DNA from: Alphaproteobacteria bacterium
GTDB taxonomy: Bacteria > Pseudomonadota > Alphaproteobacteria > RF32 > CAG-239
Assembly (NCBI GenBank): GCA_045643605.1
Contig: JAZULC010000021.1
Span: 6,465-70,464, forward strand
DNA length: 64,000 nt
Direction: 5' to 3'
Shown here: one piece after another, positions 56,986 through 64,000 of the stretch
Layout: each line of letters begins with the position of its first letter
Numbering within the stretch: position 1 is the first letter of the stretch
The notes under the pieces: generated by a model
What the model was told of the DNA's origin: nothing
Database searches by the model: none
The model's input: the letters and a program-made list of their open reading frames with translations, nothing else
Translations under genes and position numbers: made by a program

Positions 56986-57621
56986 ATGGTTAAGGTTTTG
57001 AAAAAAAGTACAAAAGAAAGAATTATTGAAGCTGCAACTCACGAATTTGCACTTAAGGGTTATGAGCAAGCTACAACGAGAGATATTTTGTTGGCTGCCG
57101 ATGCAAATGTTGCTGCCATAAATTATTACTTTAACGGAAAACAAGGACTTTATGTTGAAGTTTTGATGTATATCGTTGAGGTTGTACGCAAAGAATTTCA
57201 TAATTTATATCCGCAATATTTACTCTTAAAAGCTTCAATGCCCAATCCCGCAAAAAGCAAAGAAATGCTCAAAATATGTATCAAAAAGTTTGTCGAGCTG
57301 ATGTGTTTAGATGAAAAATCTCTTGATTTAGCAATGATTTATATAAGAGAATATACACAGTCATCACCATATTTTGATACTATTTCTGAAGAATTAAACA
57401 ATATTTATTTCCCTTGGTTCATAACTTTATTGCAGGATGCAAGTGGTGGAAAATTGAGTGAAAAAGAAGCGACATTGCAAGCAGTAATGCTGTATTCACA
57501 AATATTTACCGCCTTAATCAGAAAAGATGTTATTCTTAAAACTATGAATTGGAAAGGGTATAATAAAGAAACAGTTAACCAAATTTTATCAATAATATAT
57601 CGAAGTATAGATGTTGAGTGA
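56986..57621 (+). CDS. TetR/AcrR family transcriptional regulator
   Basis: 211 aa. The N-terminal HTH reads KERIIEAATHEFALKGYEQATTRDILLAADANVAAINYYFNGKQGLY. Confidence 0.8.
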   Translation: MVKVLKKSTKERIIEAATHEFALKGYEQATTRDILLAADANVAAINYYFNGKQGLYVEVLMYIVEVVRKEFHNLYPQYLLLKASMPNPAKSKEMLKICIKKFVELMCLDEKSLDLAMIYIREYTQSSPYFDTISEELNNIYFPWFITLLQDASGGKLSEKEATLQAVMLYSQIFTALIRKDVILKTMNWKGYNKETVNQILSIIYRSIDVE

Positions 57622-57643
57622 TTTTATACATAAGAGATATGTG

Positions 57644-57680
57644 AAAAAATAAAGCAAGCGCTTGCTTTATTTTTTTTTTG
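57644..57680 (+). terminator. rho-independent terminator
   Basis: The palindrome AAAAAATAAAGCAA-GCGC-TTGCTTTATTTTTT is followed by a long T-run. Confidence 0.8.
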
Positions 57681-57722
57681 TGTTATAAGCTTAAATATTC
57701 TAAAAAATAAAAGGACTTTAAT

Positions 57723-58952
57723 ATGAAAAAATTTTTATTGGCATCTGTATGTTCAACTTTGTTGACAACAAATGTTTTTGCAGGAGGTTTCCAACTTTCG
57801 GAATATTCTGTAACTTTAATGGGAAGGTCATTTGCAGGTTACGGTATAGTTGGTGATGATTATTCTGCTATTGCTTTTAATCCTGCAGGTATGAGCCTTA
57901 AAGATTCTGGGTTACAAGCCGGTGTAAGTATGGTTGCACTAAATTCAAAAATTACAGGTGAAGTTAGTAATAATGTTAAAGGAAAAGCTGGAAAATTAAG
58001 CGATCATCCTCCTATCCCTCATTTTTTTGGACAGTATAAACTTAATGACAAAGCAAGAATTGGTGCAGGTGCTTATGCGCCGTTCGGTTTTGCTACTGAT
58101 TATGGAGATAAGTGGTTTGGTCGTGCTCATGCAATTATTTCAAAAATTACGGTTATAGATTATAATTTGTCTGCAAGTTATGACCTTACTCAAAATTTGA
58201 CACTGGGGGCCAGCATTATTGCAGAAACAGCAAAGGCAAAGCTTACGAATGTTATTGATAGGAACCCTCATGTAAAAGATATTATGTCTAAAATCACGGG
58301 AGATAGTTCTTCTACTGCATTTACTGCAGGATTGATGTATAAAATAGATGATAATACACGTTTTGGAATATCTTATCGTTCTCAATCTGTTCATAAAATT
58401 CGCGGATATCATGAAGTTGAGTTATTAGGTATGAAGAATAAAGCAAAATCTAAGATTGTGTTACCGGAGTATTTAATTATTTCCGGATATCATAAAATGG
58501 ACAAGTTTGGATTGTCTGCTTCGGTAAAACGAACCAAGTGGAGCCGATTTAAGACTCTTGATATACAATCATATAGCAATAATCGTTGGAATTCAATAAG
58601 TACTGTTGATGAAGATTGGAAAGATACATGGATGTTTTCTGTTGGTGTTGATTATTATTATGATGATCAATTAACCTTGCGTACAGGACTATCTTATGAT
58701 CAAACTGGAATTACCAACAAATCTCACAGAACTGCGCGTATTCCTGATGCAAACAGAATAATTGCAGGTATTGGTGCAAGTTATAAGTTTGATGAAAAAA
58801 TACAACTTGATGTTGCCTATGCTCATGTATTTATGAATCCATCAAAATCCGAAAATTCATTTATTACTAATGGTGAAGAATGTTCTACTTTTTATGCGAA
58901 GTATAAGTCAAGCATTAATATGGTAGGTGTTTCTCTGCAGTATAACTTCTAA
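57723..58952 (+). CDS. fadL: FadL/OMPP1/TodX family outer-membrane hydrophobic compound transporter
   Basis: 409 aa with signal peptide ..TNVFA|GGFQL. The N-terminal hatch motif is GRSFAGYG...AIAFNPAGMS. The beta-barrel pattern ends in ...VGVSLQYNF. Confidence 0.8.
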   Translation: MKKFLLASVCSTLLTTNVFAGGFQLSEYSVTLMGRSFAGYGIVGDDYSAIAFNPAGMSLKDSGLQAGVSMVALNSKITGEVSNNVKGKAGKLSDHPPIPHFFGQYKLNDKARIGAGAYAPFGFATDYGDKWFGRAHAIISKITVIDYNLSASYDLTQNLTLGASIIAETAKAKLTNVIDRNPHVKDIMSKITGDSSSTAFTAGLMYKIDDNTRFGISYRSQSVHKIRGYHEVELLGMKNKAKSKIVLPEYLIISGYHKMDKFGLSASVKRTKWSRFKTLDIQSYSNNRWNSISTVDEDWKDTWMFSVGVDYYYDDQLTLRTGLSYDQTGITNKSHRTARIPDANRIIAGIGASYKFDEKIQLDVAYAHVFMNPSKSENSFITNGEECSTFYAKYKSSINMVGVSLQYNF

Positions 58953-58955
58953 ACT

Positions 58956-58987
58956 AAAAAAGTCCTATCACAAGATAGGACTTTTTT
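58956..58987. terminator. bidirectional rho-independent terminator
   Basis: AAAAAGTCCTATC-ACAA-GATAGGACTTTTTT lies between convergent fadL and nfeD. Confidence 0.8.
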
Positions 58988-59006
58988 ATAACACATCTGA
59001 TATATT

Positions 59007-59471
59007 TTATTTTTTGGTTACATAGAGTAGGGTGCTTTCTACTTTTTCTACGATTACTTTGTCACCGGCTTTCAAATTATCAGAAGCAGATGCTAACCAT
59101 ACAGAATCACCAATTTTTACCTTGGTCCTGCCGGCAACGACATCTTCTGCTAAAACATATTCTTTACCGATAAAAGACTCGGCTCTGTTGTTTAGATTAT
59201 TATATTCCTTTTTAGAAGAAGCGAGTACTTGTCCATATACATACCAACCGATAATAACGCATATAACAGAATAAAGAGAGTATATTAAAAGTTGATATGA
59301 AAAACTTAAGTCAGGGATAAAATATAAAGTTATTCCATTAAGTATAGCGGCAGATCCCAGCCAAATTACAAATACGCCAGGTAAAAATAATTCAGCCAAA
59401 ATCAAAAGCAATCCTAATATCAGCCAAGACCATACGATGTATGTTGTAAAAAATGTGCTTATAACTTCCAT
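59007..59471 (-). CDS. NfeD family membrane protein
   Basis: 154 aa. Three N-terminal TM helices and a C-terminal OB-like soluble domain (GRTKVKIGDSVWLASASDNLKAGDKVIVEKVES). It is paired with the upstream SPFH gene. Confidence 0.75.
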   Translation of the reverse strand: MEVISTFFTTYIVWSWLILGLLLILAELFLPGVFVIWLGSAAILNGITLYFIPDLSFSYQLLIYSLYSVICVIIGWYVYGQVLASSKKEYNNLNNRAESFIGKEYVLAEDVVAGRTKVKIGDSVWLASASDNLKAGDKVIVEKVESTLLYVTKK

Positions 59472-59474
59472 AGA

Positions 59475-60458
59475 TTACTCCTTATTCTCCCAAGGATTAT
59501 TATCCTTTGTTATAACTTTTTTTTCGGCTTTTTTATCAGCTTTTTTATCGGTAAATACCTCTTTAGTTAATTCTGCAATTCCTGTAAGACTACCGACAAG
59601 ATTTGAAGTTTCAAGAGGTAACATCAATAACTTTTGATTTGGTGATTTTACAATCTCTTTTAATGCTTCAACATATTTTTGACCTAAAAAGTAATTTAAT
59701 GCCTGCAAATTTCCTTTAGCGATAGCATCAGAAACAACTTGTGTTGCTAAAGCTTCAGCTTGAGCTGAACGTTCTCTTGCTTCTGCATCACGGAAAGCTG
59801 CTTCTTTACGTCCTTCTGCTTGTAAAATAGCAGATTGTTTTTCACCATCTGCAGTTAAAATAGCAGATTGTTTCAATCCTTCAGCCTCTAAAATATTAGC
59901 TCTTTTTACACGTTCTGCTTTCATTTGACGAGCCATGGCATCAATCAAATCTTTAGGTGGGGTAATGTCTTTAATCTCAACACGGGTTATTTTTGTTCCC
60001 CAAGGCATTGTTGCTTCATCTACAACTTGTAACAATCTTTGGTTAATTACATCTCTTTGGCTCAACAATTCATCAATTTCCATTCCACCGATAACGGTAC
60101 GTATATTAGTCATAACCAGGTTTAATATACCTTCTTCTAAATCATGAATTTGATAAGCAGCGCTAATAGGATCTTGTATTTGAAAAAATACAACACCATC
60201 TACTTTAACCATAGCATTATCTTTTGTAATAACTTCTTGACTTGGAACGTCTAACACTTGCTCCATTTTATTGATTATTCGCCCGATTTTATCAATCATA
60301 GGAATAATTAAATTAAACCCAGGACGACACAATTTATAATATTCTCCAAATCTTTCAACTGTATATTCAAATCCTTGAGGAACAATAACTATGCCTTTTT
60401 TCAATACAATTATTGCAAGGACTACCAACACTACAGCGAATACAGAAAAACCCATCAT
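59475..60458 (-). CDS. SPFH/band 7 (stomatin-like) protein
   Basis: 327 aa with an N-terminal TM helix. SPFH core: [15 protein letters not shown]...[17 protein letters not shown]...RVEIKDI. A coiled-coil follows: AEREKRA-like [13 protein letters not shown]... Confidence 0.85.
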   Translation of the reverse strand: MMGFSVFAVVLVVLAIIVLKKGIVIVPQGFEYTVERFGEYYKLCRPGFNLIIPMIDKIGRIINKMEQVLDVPSQEVITKDNAMVKVDGVVFFQIQDPISAAYQIHDLEEGILNLVMTNIRTVIGGMEIDELLSQRDVINQRLLQVVDEATMPWGTKITRVEIKDITPPKDLIDAMARQMKAERVKRANILEAEGLKQSAILTADGEKQSAILQAEGRKEAAFRDAEARERSAQAEALATQVVSDAIAKGNLQALNYFLGQKYVEALKEIVKSPNQKLLMLPLETSNLVGSLTGIAELTKEVFTDKKADKKAEKKVITKDNNPWENKE

Positions 60459-60594
60459 GATAAACTCCTTTTTTATATAAATAATACAACAATTTCATAT
60501 TTTATATATTTAATTTTAATAGTCAATAATATAAAGTTGCAAATAATATTGCAATTTGTCGCATAATTGTGTATCTTCTTGTGAGGAGATAATT

Positions 60595-63408
60595 ATGGGA
60601 AAAAGTTCATATATAGAAATACGCGGTTGTAGAGAACATAATCTTAAAAATATTAATATAAATATTCCGAAAGATAAAATTACGGTGATTACCGGGCTTT
60701 CAGGTTCCGGAAAATCTTCGTTGGCTTTTGATACCATATATGCAGAAGGACAGAGAAGATATGTTGAAAGCCTGTCTGCATATGCTCGTCAATTTTTGGA
60801 TTTAATGAAAAAACCTGATGTTGATTCAATAGAAGGATTAGCTCCGGCAATTTCTATTGAACAAAAAACTACTTCGCATAATCCTCGTTCTACGGTAGGG
60901 ACAATTACTGAAATTTATGACTATATGCGTTTGTTGTGGGCACGTGTTGGTACACCTTATTCTCCTGTAACCGGATTGCCTATAGAATCTCAAACAGTAT
61001 CACAAATGGTAGATAAAATTTTAGAATATCCTTTAGGAACAAAATTGTTATTGTTGGCTCCAATTGCCAGAGCTAAAAAAGGAGAATTTAAGAAGGATTT
61101 TGAAAAATTACAGCAACAAGGGTTTCAAAGGTTGAATATAGACGGTGAAGTTTATGATATAGAAGAACTGCCACAACTGAATAAAAATCAAAAACATAAT
61201 ATAGAAGTTGTTGTTGACCGTATAATTATTAAGGATAATATTTCTGAACGTTTGGCCCAATCTGTAGAAACTTCTTTGAAACTCGGTGATGGAATTTTAT
61301 ATGTGCAAGAATCAGATACTAAAGAGAAAAAAGTTTTTTCAAGTAAATTTGCTTGTCCTGTTTCAGGTTTTACAATAGAAGAAATTGAGCCAAGATTATT
61401 TTCATTCAATAATCCGTCAGGAGCTTGTCCTCATTGTGATGGAATAGGGGCTAGGTTATATATGGATCCTGATTTGATTGTTCCAAACAAAAACTTAAGT
61501 TTAAGTCAAGGAGCTATTGCTCCGTGGGAGATGGGAAAAACTTCGTTTCATCGCCAAACGATACAATCTCTGTGTGATTTTTTGCATATTTCAGACAAGA
61601 GCGCTTGGAAGGATTTGCCGGAAAATGCTAAAAATATTATTCTTTATGGCTCTGATGATGTTTGTATTCCGATGTATTATTCAAAATTTATGACAGATAA
61701 GCCATTTGAAGGTGTTATCCCAAATATGGAACGTCGATTTTTAGAATCTGATTCTGCATGGGTTCGTGAAGAATTTTCAAAATATCAGTCATCATTGACT
61801 TGTGAATATTGTAAAGGAAAACGTCTTAAACCAGAGGCTTTGGCTGTTAAAATTTGTAATATGGATATTATGGATGTGGCAGATATGTCTTTGAAAAAAG
61901 CATTGGATTGGTTTTCTCATGTAGAAGAAAATTTAACAACTAAAAAACAAGTCATTGCTCATAAGATTTTGCAAGAAATTATAGATAGGTTGACATTCTT
62001 AAATAATGTCGGATTAGAATATTTAACTCTTTCCAGAATGTCAGGATCATTGTCAGGAGGAGAATCTCAAAGAATTCGTTTGGCTTCACAAATAGGTTCA
62101 AAATTAACAGGAGTCCTATATGTTTTAGATGAACCATCAATCGGTTTGCATCAACGAGACAATGGCAGATTGTTAGAAACCTTAAATAATTTACGAGATA
62201 TAGGCAATACGGTTATTGTTGTTGAGCATGATGAAGATGCTATCCGTTCTGCTGATTATATTGTTGATATGGGACCTTTGGCAGGAGAAGAGGGCGGGCA
62301 AATTATGGCAGAAGGTACTTTAGCTGAAGTTTTGCAAAATCCTCAAAGTTTAACGGTAAAATATCTGAATGGTGAGAAAAAAATTGAAGTACCGACAATA
62401 CGTAGAAAAGGTAATGGAAAATTTTTAGAATTGTCAGGTGTTTGTACCCACAATCTTAAAAATGTTAATCTTAAAATTCCTCTTGGTGTATTTACCTGCG
62501 TTACCGGTGTATCAGGTTCCGGAAAATCGTCGCATATTTTAGAGACTTTGTACAAGGCATTAAACAAAGAATTAAATGGAGTAAATACCCAAAGCGGAAA
62601 ATACAAAGGTATTTCAGGAATTGAAAACATTGATAAAATCATAAATATTGATCAATCTCCTATTGGTAGAACTCCTCGCTCTAATCCGGCAACTTATACA
62701 GGTGTTTTTAGCAATATTCGTGATTGGTTTGCTAATTTACCGGAATCCAGAGCACGAGGTTATACTGCAGGCAGATTTTCTTTTAATGTTGCCGGTGGAC
62801 GCTGTGAAGCCTGTCAAGGTGATGGTGTTACAAAAATAGAAATGCAATTTTTACCTGATGTTTATGCAGAATGTGATGTATGTAAAGGTAAACGATTTAA
62901 TCGTGAAACATTGGAAATTACTTATAAAGGCAAATCTATTGCTGATGTACTTGATATGACTGTTGACGAAGCTTATCGCTTCTTTAACAATATTCCTTCA
63001 ATAAAACATAAACTTGAGGTTCTTCAACAGGTAGGACTTGGTTATGTGCATCTCGGACAATCAGCAACTACGCTTTCCGGAGGAGAAGCTCAACGTATAA
63101 AATTAACTAAAGAATTGTCACGTCATGCTACGGGAAAAACAGTATATATTTTAGATGAACCGACGACAGGTTTGCATTTTGAAGATATAAATAAACTGCT
63201 ACATATCCTGCAAACATTTACAAATCAGGGAAATACGGTCATTGTTATTGAACATAATCTCGATGTTATAAAAACAGCTGATTATATTATTGATTTGGGT
63301 CCGGAAGGTGGCGATGGTGGTGGAAAAATTATAGCTCAAGGTACTCCTGAAGAAATATGTAAATGCAAAAATAGTTATACAGCTAAATACTTGAAGGAAA
63401 AATTATGA
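60595..63408 (+). CDS. uvrA: excinuclease ABC subunit A
   Basis: The start is refined to [22 protein letters not shown] after GAGGAG. There are two ABC modules ([12 protein letters not shown]; GVSGSGKSS), zinc-finger Cys pairs (CPHCDG, CEYCKG, CEACQG, CDVCKG) and two LSGGE signatures. Confidence 0.95.
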   Translation: MGKSSYIEIRGCREHNLKNININIPKDKITVITGLSGSGKSSLAFDTIYAEGQRRYVESLSAYARQFLDLMKKPDVDSIEGLAPAISIEQKTTSHNPRSTVGTITEIYDYMRLLWARVGTPYSPVTGLPIESQTVSQMVDKILEYPLGTKLLLLAPIARAKKGEFKKDFEKLQQQGFQRLNIDGEVYDIEELPQLNKNQKHNIEVVVDRIIIKDNISERLAQSVETSLKLGDGILYVQESDTKEKKVFSSKFACPVSGFTIEEIEPRLFSFNNPSGACPHCDGIGARLYMDPDLIVPNKNLSLSQGAIAPWEMGKTSFHRQTIQSLCDFLHISDKSAWKDLPENAKNIILYGSDDVCIPMYYSKFMTDKPFEGVIPNMERRFLESDSAWVREEFSKYQSSLTCEYCKGKRLKPEALAVKICNMDIMDVADMSLKKALDWFSHVEENLTTKKQVIAHKILQEIIDRLTFLNNVGLEYLTLSRMSGSLSGGESQRIRLASQIGSKLTGVLYVLDEPSIGLHQRDNGRLLETLNNLRDIGNTVIVVEHDEDAIRSADYIVDMGPLAGEEGGQIMAEGTLAEVLQNPQSLTVKYLNGEKKIEVPTIRRKGNGKFLELSGVCTHNLKNVNLKIPLGVFTCVTGVSGSGKSSHILETLYKALNKELNGVNTQSGKYKGISGIENIDKIINIDQSPIGRTPRSNPATYTGVFSNIRDWFANLPESRARGYTAGRFSFNVAGGRCEACQGDGVTKIEMQFLPDVYAECDVCKGKRFNRETLEITYKGKSIADVLDMTVDEAYRFFNNIPSIKHKLEVLQQVGLGYVHLGQSATTLSGGEAQRIKLTKELSRHATGKTVYILDEPTTGLHFEDINKLLHILQTFTNQGNTVIVIEHNLDVIKTADYIIDLGPEGGDGGGKIIAQGTPEEICKCKNSYTAKYLKEKL

Positions 63409-64000
63409 GAGAAGCCATAAAATATCTAGCTGACGATGAATTGTTATCGGTGATTTTAAAATGGCAACAATATTTGTCATCGGAAAAAATGTATTCAAAT
63501 CATACTCTTGATGCTTATGCACGAGATTTATCTTTTTTTATAAATTTTTTTCAGGTAGAACAAAAACTTTCAGATATAGAAAATAAGTCAGTAAGAGATT
63601 TTCGCCGTTTTTTGAGTGCACGTATGGGAAAACATATCGGAAAAAGTTCAATTTCACGAGAATTATCTGCGGTGCGAAATTTTTATCATTGGCTTGAAAA
63701 AAATAATCTGGCGCACAATTCTGCAATTTCAATAATAACTTCCCCTAAAAAAGATAAATGTGTTCCTAAAGCATTTGATGTGGAAGATACCTTAAAAGTG
63801 CTCAATGAAAGTGTGAAACAAGAAAAATCTCTGTGGTTGGGTTTGAGAGATAAAGCTATTTTTATGCTGCTTTATGGTTGCGGATTGCGTATTTCTGAAG
63901 CTTTATCCTTAAATATAGATGATATTGGACATTCTGATGTCATTAAAATTTTAGGTAAAGGTAAAAAAGAAAGATTTGTGCCGATTTTAGATGTTGTTGT
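63405..64000 (+). CDS. tyrosine recombinase XerC/XerD family, 5' part (runs off the window)
   Basis: The ATG overlaps the uvrA stop (ATGA at 63405-63408), and the frame stays open to the window end. Motifs read by hand: [62 protein letters not shown]. This ORF is not in the supplied track because no stop is reached. Confidence 0.85.
   Translation, partial: MREAIKYLADDELLSVILKWQQYLSSEKMYSNHTLDAYARDLSFFINFFQVEQKLSDIENKSVRDFRRFLSARMGKHIGKSSISRELSAVRNFYHWLEKNNLAHNSAISIITSPKKDKCVPKAFDVEDTLKVLNESVKQEKSLWLGLRDKAIFMLLYGCGLRISEALSLNIDDIGHSDVIKILGKGKKERFVPILDVV

Noticed and set aside
59007-60458. The NfeD/SPFH gene pair as a novel system.
   Set aside because: This is a well-known, widespread two-gene module (stomatin-like protein plus NfeD partner). 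Nothing unusual was seen beyond a Lys-rich C-terminal tail on the SPFH protein.
60536-60560. TTGCAA-N6-TTGCAA element upstream of uvrA, as a possible operator.
   Set aside because: It is a single occurrence with no second copy at uvrB or elsewhere in the window. Short self-complementary AT-rich hexamers are expected by chance.

Overview
This is an AT-rich chromosomal window. Gene content and synteny point to an alphaproteobacterium with a compact, probably host-associated genome: GcrA, atpH-A-G-D-C, rpoZ-spoT, acpS-lepB-rnc-era, yfgM-like/bamB/der, tolB, uvrA, uvrB, priA, tkt and galE. About three quarters of the window is ordinary housekeeping DNA. Four loci stand out. (1) At 11-11260 lies a type IV secretion operon: VirB7-like lipoprotein, virB8, virB9, an extra gene, virB10, virB11. 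VirB9 carries a C-terminal SPOR-like peptidoglycan-binding domain. A 1145-aa repeat protein sits between virB9 and virB10. VirB10 itself is 1417 aa, because roughly 1000 aa of the same short DG/NG tandem repeat precede its TrbI-type C-terminal domain. The usual VirB10 membrane anchor appears to sit on the extra protein, while the VirB10-domain protein starts with a Sec signal peptide. (2) At 25053-29318 a two-gene operon ends in a 1107-aa protein with a prepilin-type N-terminus. (3) At 52904-56938 there is a 1344-aa acidic, His/Gln-rich ORFan with a central cluster of hydrophobic helices, a candidate secreted or membrane-inserting effector. (4) At 17.7-20.3 kb a small islet holds ORFan membrane/secreted proteins, a nonsense-interrupted skp-like gene, and a roughly 400-nt GC-enriched structured non-coding stretch of unknown identity. 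No rRNA, tRNA, CRISPR array or transposase was recognised. All calls come from reading the translations and the DNA by eye; no searches were run.
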